Made by a program: the position numbers and the translations under genes. A DNA stretch of 63,482 nt, filler included, from Trichomonas gallinae (Eukaryota), in NCBI GenBank assembly GCA_008369845.1. It is 4 parts of 4 records of this genome, joined end to end, with 100 filler letters (N's around TTAATTAATTAA, not from the genome) between each part and the next. Parts side by side here need not be neighbours in the genome. Positions count along the whole stretch, not along the records: positions 39,692 to 61,778 come from MRSU01001443.1; positions 61,879 to 63,482 come from MRSU01001469.1; 2 more parts are not named here. One strand, 5' to 3'. The notes below the pieces were generated by a model. It was given only the letters and a program-made list of their open reading frames with translations, was not told the origin of the DNA and did not search any database. Of this stretch, positions 52,050 to 62,000 are shown in pieces (position 1 is the first letter of the stretch; each line of letters starts with the position of its first letter).

Positions 52050-54170
52050 TTAGAGACTGCTCTGGTCCAATTGGTACTGTGCCAAGCACTCAGAAGACTG
52101 CTCGAGTAGCATTCCTGGCTTTGCGCCAAGGTCCAAGACCTTCGTGAAGTCAGATCCCGCAGACTGTCCAAGAGTTTGCACGAAAGATTTCCATGCTTCA
52201 TTGTCATCTTCGAAAGTCAGCGTTGCTTGCCTTCTTAGGGCCGCTGAGAATGGGTTGACGCCGTGCTTAGAGCAGACACTCCATAGTGGCTTAAACAGAT
52301 AAGGAGCTTTCGTGTCTAAAAATTCTGGAACTTTTTGATTTGGAGCGATTTTGGATAAAGCGTATCTTACTGCGCAGCTTGCCACTGACCTTTCTATTAC
52401 CGATGACATGAAGAAGTCGATGATCTGCGATTGAGCGAGTAATAATATAGTGAAAAGCAATTTATCTTCTGTTGCATTGGTGAGATATGTTGAAACATCT
52501 TCTATTGACATAAAGACGACGTCTTCTACGATTGGTTCGCCTTTTGGAACTTCTACATCGAAAACTAAGCGAGATTTGAAATTGATAACTTGAATTGCTT
52601 GGAATTCGCGAATATATTGCATAAACTGATCAATGCGCTTGCAAAGTTGACCGATTTTCTGTTCATTATGAATCATTCTTGCCGGCAAATTAATATTAAC
52701 ATATTTTGTTTCGATTTCGCCCCAAGGAATTGTTGAGGACTTTGTGTTTTCCCATACGTTTGGCTTCTCGTACAAGAAATATGGGTAAATGCTGCAACCT
52801 TCTATGGAAACAGAAACTGAATGATTTTTCTCTGAAAGAATAAAGACTGGGCCTCCGAACTGTGATGAAATAGTTGTTGGCATGTTCGGCGAAATATAAT
52901 ATGTGGTTATAACTGACGGCCAGCGCTTCCACGGAAATTCTTTTAATAAAAGACAAAGCGTTTGTGCTCCAATCTGGACAGTTACGTGATTTGATGTTTC
53001 TATAACTGCTTTCTGGCCAGCTTGAAGCCAAAGACCTGTCGAATGCCAAATTCCCATTTTTGTATCTATAGAAAGGCGTTTTGTGCATGTTTTCTCATCT
53101 GTTATGCCTGGGAAAAGGTCGAGATCTGGTGCGGCAACGACATCATCCGGTGGAATTTTGTTTATTAATTCTGATAAAATAATACAAACCATACATTGGC
53201 GAGTATCTTCGCACATTACATCTCCATTCCTGAAATTAGTCTTTGCGAGATATTCCATTGACTTTTGCTGTAAATTATTAATTAAATCAGCGTTATCGTG
53301 ATTCATTTCGCTTATATAATAGCGCAACTTAGATACAATGTTGTCTAGATCCGAAACTTCTATCTCTGGTGAATCCAAAACCCTGAAATATTCATCGATG
53401 ACATTTGATATCAAGTATTGTCGAAGAACTGCCTCAGAGCTATTTCTCATGAATATAGACGATGATTTAAGTGAGCACTGCGGGAATCCAAGCCCCGAAA
53501 AAGTTAATAATTTCGAACTCGGTTGATAAGGCGGTGCGTAAAAGTAGAATATCGCCATGCCAGCCTTCGCCAGCTTGGCAATTCCAGCAACATCCTGATT
53601 TGCTGTTGAGCAAAACACGACATCATAAGGTGCCTTTGGAAGATCCGGACCAGAATCTACGTTATATCCGTAGCTCTGGATATCAGCGATCAGTGTATTT
53701 GTCACATTCTTTGGTAAATTATATAAATAAACTCGGATTGTCGAAACTTTGTAATCGGATGCCCAAGTAATCGTATTTTCCAAGAAAGCTGCTGTTTCTG
53801 TATTCTGAATCATGGAGTGCTGTAGGAAGCCAATGGACCCGAAGTATACGAATTTCACTCTCACGTTGTGCGAGAACGCAACAACAGGCATATCAACGTG
53901 ACCATTGTTTTCCTCGTCAAAGACGAACGAACCGAGGTATAACGGGAATGCGTATTCGTTCAGGCAGACGACTGGTGTCATGTCTTGGGGTGCGCGTATT
54001 TGATTTAAGCCTTGTAAAATTTTCATCACATCGATTTTGATGATTTCTTCGAGCGGCAATGGAGGAGGTGGTGGCGGTGGATTTTCCTCGTCGTAGAAGT
54101 CCATTTGCTGTCTCTGCTGCCGCTGCGCCATATATTTGGATGGAGCAGCAGAGGAAGCAATGCAGCCCAT
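52050..54170 (-). CDS. M60-like (PF13402 / TCAF-FAM115-like) protein lacking HExxH, with N-acylation signal
   Basis: WHSTGLWLQAGQ, VQIG, WKRWP, ISSQFGGPVFI, PYF, PWGEIE and RLVFDV motifs. Starts MGCIASS. No HExxH anywhere in the translation. Confidence 0.8.
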   Translation of the reverse strand: MGCIASSAAPSKYMAQRQQRQQMDFYDEENPPPPPPPLPLEEIIKIDVMKILQGLNQIRAPQDMTPVVCLNEYAFPLYLGSFVFDEENNGHVDMPVVAFSHNVRVKFVYFGSIGFLQHSMIQNTETAAFLENTITWASDYKVSTIRVYLYNLPKNVTNTLIADIQSYGYNVDSGPDLPKAPYDVVFCSTANQDVAGIAKLAKAGMAIFYFYAPPYQPSSKLLTFSGLGFPQCSLKSSSIFMRNSSEAVLRQYLISNVIDEYFRVLDSPEIEVSDLDNIVSKLRYYISEMNHDNADLINNLQQKSMEYLAKTNFRNGDVMCEDTRQCMVCIILSELINKIPPDDVVAAPDLDLFPGITDEKTCTKRLSIDTKMGIWHSTGLWLQAGQKAVIETSNHVTVQIGAQTLCLLLKEFPWKRWPSVITTYYISPNMPTTISSQFGGPVFILSEKNHSVSVSIEGCSIYPYFLYEKPNVWENTKSSTIPWGEIETKYVNINLPARMIHNEQKIGQLCKRIDQFMQYIREFQAIQVINFKSRLVFDVEVPKGEPIVEDVVFMSIEDVSTYLTNATEDKLLFTILLLAQSQIIDFFMSSVIERSVASCAVRYALSKIAPNQKVPEFLDTKAPYLFKPLWSVCSKHGVNPFSAALRRQATLTFEDDNEAWKSFVQTLGQSAGSDFTKVLDLGAKPGMLLEQSSECLAQYQLDQSSL

Positions 54171-55233
54171 AAAAGTGAAAAAACGAACATGTCACTTTTT
54201 AATATATTACATCAATATAATATTTGCGTGAGTTTTAGAACAAAAATCAAAGATTTCAAATTTTTGTAAAGGAATTTTAAGTTTTGAAACCAAAAACAAT
54301 TTAAAATCGATAATCATGACAAATAATGCATTATTTTTCAACAAAAAAATGAAAAAAAAAATAATAACGTGCCGAATATTAACCTTCACATTATAAATAG
54401 TGATTTACAATGACGATCATTTTTTGATCGAAATTAATTAAAAAGTGACTCCAATCAGAATTGAATTCTTTTGAAAATAATTGGATATTTTATAAATGCT
54501 TTGGAATGTGATATTATTTTTCTATTTTTTTGAATTAATAATTATTATTGCGTCATATTCGCAATATTTTATAAGATGCCAATGATTATGCAATTGATAT
54601 TTTGCAGCCTTTGACGCGGCTCTTCAATATGTTAATGAGAAAATAGCTTATTAGAGAATATTTTGATTAACGAAAAATATTGTATCGCTGTATTTTCCAA
54701 TATTGCAACGCTCTTATTAATACCCATACGCTTGTGATTGTAGACTTGACTGTTGCTAATTTCCTTGACGAGTATTTGATTATTCGTGAAAATTCAAGCA
54801 GACATTACGATACTGGTATTGTAATGGGAATAATAGGCTGTGGAGATATGTATGAATATCGTTGAGACTGGTTAGGAATAATTCTCGTAAATATTAAGAT
54901 CATAGGTACTTATAAATGTTTTTTATAGAAGCTATTTTCGCTCTGTTTGCCATGAAACATTGAATATAGGTACTATATGTATATGTGAATCTAATGGTAA
55001 TACTTTTGAAACGATTGTTTCATTTGGTAGTAAACCATTAAAGCCAAAATCATTACAAGTAAAAAATTTACTCAAATTCAAGGAGAATCTACACAGCTGT
55101 TTCTGCATTTTATTGAAGATCCTCTTTGTATCTAATCGAAACTATCTGTTGATATTGAAGTTTCATTGATAAATGGCGTCAATATGAAAAAAAATCTGGA
55201 GTTTTAATCGATGGACATGAAAAGTGGAACGCA

Positions 55234-56688
55234 ATGCAGAATGAGCTTAGCAAATCCTCTCTGAACTGCAACAGAACAATATATAGGGATGAGCTGTATA
55301 ACTTGATAGAGTTGATCTCTACAATTATTGTTATTTGCGTCAGAAAAAAAGACTGTAAAAGGTGGATAAGATTATCAAAATTTTTGAAGGAAGCTAAATT
55401 CACATATATTGGCAATGCCATATTGGCCATTATATGCATGCTAATATACATAGATTTGTATGCTAGGTCATCCCAAGAGAATATTTCGCTGCCTAACACT
55501 TTTAATTACGAATTACCAATTGATATGAATACATCTGATCATTATTTCGACTTCATTCATGAATCAACATGTGAATTAGACTTAGTAATGGCAAAAACAG
55601 TTCATGAAATACCGAGACAAGCTTTTCAAAAAACAATCGAAAAATCATTAACTTTTAATCCACTAAATTTGATACGAGAACAGACCTTATTCTATCATTT
55701 ATACAGATTTTATGTTTCGAAATATGGATTTATCTTCGATGAAAAATATTATCCACTTGTAAACCGATACACTGCGAAAACGGTGCCAATTTCCACAACA
55801 ATGGAAGGCTATGATAAAGCTATTATAGGTTATTCATATCATTACGAATATGGCCATTTTGTTATGGATATGTTAGCAGGAATTGTACTGATTCCACAGG
55901 AATATTTCAAAGATGCATACATTTTAATACCATTTGATCAAAAATCAGCTCGAACTTACATAGGATTACTTGGATATGATCCATCAAAAGTCTTTAGTAT
56001 TAAAGAAAAATTCTTTTACGTAACAGAGGCACACATGATGGTCTCTACAGAAGGCGTTTGCTCACTTTTAGTTAAAGGTTTACCAACAATTCGAGAAAAA
56101 TTTTTCAAAAATTTAAAAATGGAATCGATAAAGCCAACAAAATACTTCGCCCTCAATAGAAAGAAAGGTTTGTGGGGACGTATAGACAATATGGACAATA
56201 TTATTGATATAATTAATACAAAATTTACAGATATTGTTGTAGAACAAATTCCAGACAAAATGCCGTATCAAGTCGCTGAATTTGCTCGAGTACTTGCATC
56301 AGCCAAGCTTATTATCTTTCCAGCCGGTTCAATTGTAATGAATTCGATTTTCATGCACGAAAAGACAGCAATTTTAATCTTAGGGTCAAATACCCTTGAT
56401 TATCCTGATCTAAGTGTTGGATTCGCATTGGATATATGGATGCTTTATCTTGATGGAGGTTTCGCGCATGGATATGATACAGATATTAAATTTTCCAACA
56501 ATCTTGCTCTTAATGGATTTAAACAGTTGCATCATGCTCTTAAGCATGGCATGTGGCAGGAAAAAGCCGTTGAAGACTACGAAGTTCCATATAATTTAGA
56601 AACTATGCTAAAACTCGCTCAAATGGAAGTCGATATTTATAATCGTGAAAACAATGAGAATATCAAGATCCCAGTAGCCATACAATAA
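55234..56688 (+). CDS. Glycosyltransferase family 61 (DUF563)-like protein
   Basis: TM segment, YGHFVMDML, LNRK...GRIDN and ASAKLIIFPAGSIVMNSIFM motifs. Start codon uncertain. Confidence 0.75.
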   Translation: MQNELSKSSLNCNRTIYRDELYNLIELISTIIVICVRKKDCKRWIRLSKFLKEAKFTYIGNAILAIICMLIYIDLYARSSQENISLPNTFNYELPIDMNTSDHYFDFIHESTCELDLVMAKTVHEIPRQAFQKTIEKSLTFNPLNLIREQTLFYHLYRFYVSKYGFIFDEKYYPLVNRYTAKTVPISTTMEGYDKAIIGYSYHYEYGHFVMDMLAGIVLIPQEYFKDAYILIPFDQKSARTYIGLLGYDPSKVFSIKEKFFYVTEAHMMVSTEGVCSLLVKGLPTIREKFFKNLKMESIKPTKYFALNRKKGLWGRIDNMDNIIDIINTKFTDIVVEQIPDKMPYQVAEFARVLASAKLIIFPAGSIVMNSIFMHEKTAILILGSNTLDYPDLSVGFALDIWMLYLDGGFAHGYDTDIKFSNNLALNGFKQLHHALKHGMWQEKAVEDYEVPYNLETMLKLAQMEVDIYNRENNENIKIPVAIQ

Positions 56689-57196
56689 TATGATGCAAAT
56701 ATTTCTGAAACAAAATTGTAATGGCTTCTTTTTTAGGCCGTTTTTGTATTATATTTTTCTCAATGTCATTCAATCTCCTTCAGAAACACATTGAACACCC
56801 TGATCAATTTCTTATGTTCAATAATTTGATTGATTTGTTAATATATTAATCTATAGAATAACTGAACAATCAAGAGAACTATCTTTATATAAATAATATC
56901 ATGAAAAAATGTTCGTATTTGCGAAAATAATTTTAATCAATATTCAATATTGGCATAGATGAGTAATAAATAGCTACTACAATAGCATTGAGGAGTTGGC
57001 CATTAAGAAGGCCAACATTTCTAAAAATTTTAGTTTTTTAATATCAATTTTTGGGATTTTACCAAAAATATATTTGGAAAAGTGAAAAACTAAATGTATC
57101 TATTCCAATCTTTCAACAATAATAATAATATTGAATCACAAGTTTACATGATAAAAACTGTTTACATGTCAAAAACAAAATTTTTCACAAACAACA

Positions 57197-57463
57197 ATGA
57201 GCCAACCAAAAGAGCAGCAACTGATATTTACGATTAGTGACAATTTTCTTAAGCCAGATCCAGGCATGAATCGCAATGAAATGATCGACACTCCGGAAAG
57301 ATATATCTCTTTGATTTCGAATCCAGGTGATTTATTATTCGAATCAGTTTTCGAACAGTTACCTCCATGCGTTATTAAGTCAAATGCAGCTTACAGTGTA
57401 GGAGAAAAGCTTCTAATGCCGTACCCTGATAATAATGCACAAATTCTCGAGCCTACCAATTAA
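57197..57463 (+). CDS. Small hypothetical protein
   Basis: 88-aa ATG ORF, higher GC than its flanks, TCACA Inr-like motif and TTACATGTCA upstream. Confidence 0.55.
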   Translation: MSQPKEQQLIFTISDNFLKPDPGMNRNEMIDTPERYISLISNPGDLLFESVFEQLPPCVIKSNAAYSVGEKLLMPYPDNNAQILEPTN

Positions 57464-57881
57464 TTTCCAATTGTTTAAATTACTTAGCCTTAAATGTTCT
57501 CTAAGTAATGTAGGCTAATTAATTTTAATTTTTAATTTCGCACTTGTTTGTTAAAATCGATACATAAGAAACAAAAACCAATTAAACATTGGCTATATCT
57601 TGTTAATTATAATATCTAAAGATCGTAAATTTAATAAAATATTTTATTCAAAATTATATTTCAAATATTATCCAAAATGATTATATGAATTAGTATGTGG
57701 GCATGTTTGTTTAAATGAATATAGAATGAAAAAGGTTAGAAATCGATAAAAAATTTTCACGAAAATTTTGAATCTGAAACGATGAAGATTTTCTCTTAGA
57801 TGAAATTGAGTTTTTGTAAGCAAAGATTATGAATATCCTTAAAAATTTCACTTTTATCGATAGTCGCTAAGATTCGTTTGA

Positions 57882-58445
57882 ATGAGTCTGAACATCTCCT
57901 TAATCGGAGACTCAGCTGTCGGGAAGACGTCAATAGCCAATGCAATGGCGAACATGAAATTCTCAAAAGAATATGAGCCAACGATTGGTGCATCAATGTT
58001 AAGAATTCCTTTCGAAAAGGATAATGTATTATACAATTTCGTGATTTGGGATACAGCTGGAATGGAAAAATATAAGTCTTTAGTGCCTGTTTACTACAGA
58101 GACTCGAAAGCTGCAATTATTGTTTTTGATTTAACATCACCTGAGTCATTCGAGCACGTTTCCGAATGGCTCAACCTATACCAATCAATTGTCGGATTCG
58201 ATAATCCAATATTACTCATAGGAAATAAACTCGATTTAGTTGAAAATCCCGAAGAACTTAGAAATGCGGCAGAGAAGTGGATATCAGAGCATACAGCTAC
58301 ATATATCGAAGTTTCTGCTAAAGATAATACAAATATCGACGGAATTTTGCCGTTATTGTTCAATATCATGGTTAAAGCTGGAAAAAGTCTTTTTCCAGCC
58401 AAGGTACAGCGTAGAACTCCAAAGAAAAGCAGTTCTTGTTGTTAA
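57882..58445 (+). CDS. Rab-family small GTPase (divergent)
   Basis: GDSAVGKT, PTIG, WDTAGME, YYR, NKLD, SAK and a C-terminal CC prenylation site. Confidence 0.93.
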   Translation: MSLNISLIGDSAVGKTSIANAMANMKFSKEYEPTIGASMLRIPFEKDNVLYNFVIWDTAGMEKYKSLVPVYYRDSKAAIIVFDLTSPESFEHVSEWLNLYQSIVGFDNPILLIGNKLDLVENPEELRNAAEKWISEHTATYIEVSAKDNTNIDGILPLLFNIMVKAGKSLFPAKVQRRTPKKSSSCC

Positions 58446-58835
58446 AATATTAAATATATTTTTGCTATCTATAGTAATTTACAAATATTATGTTTGATAT
58501 TTCTTTACAAGGCATAGTAGATGCTATATTCAACTTCTTTGATATTTGAGATTTTGGAATTTTCGTTCTTTATTTAGTAAAAATTGTCGAATTTTGCATG
58601 AAAAATACAAAAATCATGAAAATTTCGAAAAATAAAATCCTGCGCAAAGATAGATTTTAGGCAAACTGTCAAAATGTTGCATTTAATTCTGCCAAATTCC
58701 AAATATTTTGAAAATGAAAAATGAATATTTGACTAATTTGAGGTGTTTGTAGTATAAAATATGAAGATCGAGTAAAAAACAACAGAAATAGTATTTAGTT
58801 CATGAATAAAAAACAAGATTTCGAAATATTTTTTG

Positions 58836-61460
58836 TTACATTTCAGCATCTCGAGGTGATGAAGGCGGTGTATGTATGTTATCAGCGCTGTCAAGAAGAA
58901 GCAGGATCTCTTCGTCCGAAATAATCTGGTCTTCTTTAGGATTATATTGAAGAGTCCATCTTCTCTCGGTCAAACCGAACTGTGGGTTGCTTTGTAAGAA
59001 TCCTTTGCACATGCCAGTCCTCATGTCCCATACAGCAACGCAGCAATCGCTTGATGATGTCATAATTGTCGGCTTCTTGTTCGCGTAGAACGAAGATATC
59101 GAAGTAATTGGGCTATGGTGAGCCTTCCACTTCAATATCAGCTGGAATGAGCCAACCGGCATCACGCAGACTTTAGTCGTGAGCTGAGGAACTTGTGTCG
59201 TGTAGCATCTGACTGTTTTACCTTTTTGGTTCAGTAAACCTAAGAATTCAACTTTCTCTATAGATACTTTTTTGTCTTCAGGTGCCGTAAACTGTGAAGC
59301 GAGCTGCGAGATGTCCCACAGCCTGACCTCTCCGCAGTGGTCGGCAGTTAAAAGGTAGTTTTCGACGACGCACATCGCTAGAATGTTCGAAGTTTGCGAC
59401 TCAATGTAGAAGTTTGGCAGTTGCGAAACTGCACAAGGCTCATCGCCGATCACAGACCAGATCGTGATGTACCCTTCAGCGTCGGACGAAACAAGAAGAG
59501 AAGAGTGTTCGACGAATGTCAGCGATAAAATTTCTGTCTCACAGTTTTGTGGATGCAAAACACATAAAAGCTTGAATTCTTTCAAATCCCATATATTGAT
59601 TTCGCCTTTTCCTGTTCCTGCCGCGAGCATCAAGTATTCCTCATTGATTGCCATGCACAATAAATCTTCCTTCTTTTCAGTCAGCAAGTCAATGAGTCTA
59701 CCGTCGTGCTTGTTGTCCCACAACGTGATGTAATTCGCCCAGCCTGCCGTGACAATTATCGATATGTTCTTGAGGTACTGGACAGCTGTTATCGCCGAAC
59801 TCTGCTTGCCGACGTTATGCATCAACTGGCTCGTCGGGAAGTGGAGAGTCATCAGCTCACCACCCTGCGTAGCAACGAACAAAAGAGTTTGAGGGCCATC
59901 TGTGCACATGCATGTAATGTTAGACTGAGTGACTTTTCTAAACACGCAGTGCATTAAACCATTTGCTGTCTCCCAGTGCCTGATGTTGCAGCCAGAGCAA
60001 GTACATATCACGTGGAACTGGGAGTTGTGGAGTGCGGCGCGGATTGGCAGTCTGTCTGAGAGCATCGGCTGAATGTTCTCTTCGTACTCGTAAAATCTAA
60101 TCATTCTGCCGCCGAGGATGAACCTCTTTCTTGGCCCACAATGGCACAGAGAGGTGACAGGGAAGCTTCCTGTTGTCTGCAGTGAGTGGGTCAGCTGCTT
60201 GTAGGTAGTCTGCGTGATATTAACTCTGCTCGCGAATTGGCCGAACGGAGAAATCTGGAATGTTTGTACTATAGACATTGTCCTTGAATTGATGATGTGA
60301 AGATTTCCATTTCTGTCCGCAATGACTAAGTGCGGTGAATCTGGAAGACAAGTCATAGCTGTGACTACTCCTGTAGGACATGTTATCTTAGAAATGAGGA
60401 AAGGAATGAAAGGATTCCAGGCGCAAACAGTTGTTTCATAAGCCGCAGTCATTAGAGCGTGCATTGAGTCTGAATGGACAATGGTGTGGATTGGCGCGTG
60501 ATGTGCCTGTATTCTATGGATGAGACGGACATTCTTGGTATCCCAGACGATGAGCTGACCGTCTTCGTCACCTGTAACAAAAGATCCTGAATTTGGAATT
60601 TGCGTGACGCAGGTTATTGCTGATCCATTTGTGACTTTGATGGAATTCACACAGCGCCAGTTCATGTGGGATGGTTTTTCTCCCCAGTTTTCTGCTTGCC
60701 ACTGATGTAATCTGCCATTTTCTGAACCAGTGAACAAAGAGTGAGAATTTGGCTCATACATAATGCAGAAGTGAGTAGTGTCTGTAGTTTCTATATCTTG
60801 GGCGAGTGAGCAGCCTTGCATTGTCGAAAGAATTTGAATTCCTGTTGGATAGCAAACAGCAAGCAAAGAGCGCTCATTAATCAAAGCGCCATCATATACT
60901 GATATAATTGGGCGGCCATGCAAGCTTATTTTCTTGATTAAACTCAATGTTGAAGGAGAATAAATTTGTACTGTTCCATTTGCGTTAAAACTGATAATAT
61001 GGTCATTGATTGAGTCATATATGAATTTAAGTGCAGTAAAATTGCCCGCATGATCAATAATTTCTTTTTCGAAGTGATATTGAACAACGGTGTCGACTCT
61101 GGTCTTCTCTCTATCAAAAACGCAGCATGCTGTAATGAAAGAAAGGAATTGCTCCCATTCTATCTTGTTTTTATGATCGCAATCGATTTGTATGAAAAAA
61201 TTGAATAATTTGTGGGCCCATTGTTTCCTTTGGTGCTGATTTCTTTTATCTGGTTTTGGAAATGCTTTTAGCATAACGTGGATAAACTCAGTAACTGTTA
61301 ATCCGTCTTTTCCGCGAAGTTTCCATTCATCTGCTAATTGTTTAAGCGTTTCATCATCCCATGAAACGAAAGAAAGAATGTTGAACTCAGAGAGTGGATC
61401 ATAGTGTGCCAATAACTCTCTTTCCTCTGACGGGGTTGGCTGTGGTAGATTTTCCGTCAT
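58836..61460 (-). CDS. EF-hand plus WD40 repeat protein (WDR49/EFCAB8-like)
   Basis: N-terminal LTVTEF and FIQIDCDHKNKIEWEQF EF-hand-like pair, AWNPF, and many WD repeats. Confidence 0.8.
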   Translation of the reverse strand: MTENLPQPTPSEERELLAHYDPLSEFNILSFVSWDDETLKQLADEWKLRGKDGLTVTEFIHVMLKAFPKPDKRNQHQRKQWAHKLFNFFIQIDCDHKNKIEWEQFLSFITACCVFDREKTRVDTVVQYHFEKEIIDHAGNFTALKFIYDSINDHIISFNANGTVQIYSPSTLSLIKKISLHGRPIISVYDGALINERSLLAVCYPTGIQILSTMQGCSLAQDIETTDTTHFCIMYEPNSHSLFTGSENGRLHQWQAENWGEKPSHMNWRCVNSIKVTNGSAITCVTQIPNSGSFVTGDEDGQLIVWDTKNVRLIHRIQAHHAPIHTIVHSDSMHALMTAAYETTVCAWNPFIPFLISKITCPTGVVTAMTCLPDSPHLVIADRNGNLHIINSRTMSIVQTFQISPFGQFASRVNITQTTYKQLTHSLQTTGSFPVTSLCHCGPRKRFILGGRMIRFYEYEENIQPMLSDRLPIRAALHNSQFHVICTCSGCNIRHWETANGLMHCVFRKVTQSNITCMCTDGPQTLLFVATQGGELMTLHFPTSQLMHNVGKQSSAITAVQYLKNISIIVTAGWANYITLWDNKHDGRLIDLLTEKKEDLLCMAINEEYLMLAAGTGKGEINIWDLKEFKLLCVLHPQNCETEILSLTFVEHSSLLVSSDAEGYITIWSVIGDEPCAVSQLPNFYIESQTSNILAMCVVENYLLTADHCGEVRLWDISQLASQFTAPEDKKVSIEKVEFLGLLNQKGKTVRCYTTQVPQLTTKVCVMPVGSFQLILKWKAHHSPITSISSFYANKKPTIMTSSSDCCVAVWDMRTGMCKGFLQSNPQFGLTERRWTLQYNPKEDQIISDEEILLLLDSADNIHTPPSSPRDAEM

Positions 61461-61482
61461 TTGAGGAAAAAAAAACGTTATA

Positions 61483-61665
61483 TTAGGGTCCGTCCCCTAA
61501 ATTTCGAATAAGGTTATTTTATATTCAAATTCATTTTTAAATTTTAAAAACTGCTACTTCTTATTGTAGAATAATCAACAAAAAATCATATCATTTTAGG
61601 GTCTGCCCCTATATTAAAATTTAAGGTTAAATCAAACAGATTATTTTTTAGGGTTCGCCCCCTAA
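61483..61665. repeat. Three dispersed copies of a TTAGGG-N4-5-CCCCTA mini inverted repeat
   Basis: TTAGGGTCCGTCCCCTAA (61483), TTAGGGTCTGCCCCTA (61596) and TTAGGGTTCGCCCCCTAA (61648). Confidence 0.75.
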
Positions 61666-61778
61666 GTAATTTATTTTCATTGTATTTTATATCAGTAGAT
61701 AGGGATCTCGTTTGGCGCACTTTTGTGGCGCGTGCGCCAAATCGAAAAAATATTTTTGCGCCACCGATTATTTTGTAA

Positions 61779-61878
61779 NNNNNNNNNNNNNNNNNNNNNN
61801 NNNNNNNNNNNNNNNNNNNNNNTTAATTAATTAANNNNNNNNNNNNNNNNNNNNNNNNNNNNNNNNNNNNNNNNNNNN
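61779..61878. other. Artificial contig spacer
   Basis: 44 N + TTAATTAATTAA + 44 N. Confidence 0.98.
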
Positions 61879-62000
61879 CCCCATGGGCGTCGCTCTGACT
61901 GGCTGATATGAAGCACTTTTTCAAATTTTGTAAACCATTCAAACCTACCCCCTTAAGTATTTTTCATACTAATGGACACTAATATAATTCGAATGGAAAT

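Noticed and set aside
54560..55200. Coding-like composition upstream of the second GT61 gene
   Set aside because: Only short ORFs broken by stops and no identifiable homology by eye.
542..58445. DENN-like GEF, TBC GAP and Rab as a functional module
   Set aside because: They are far apart, the Rab is on a different contig, and all three families are heavily expanded in trichomonads, so co-occurrence is expected.
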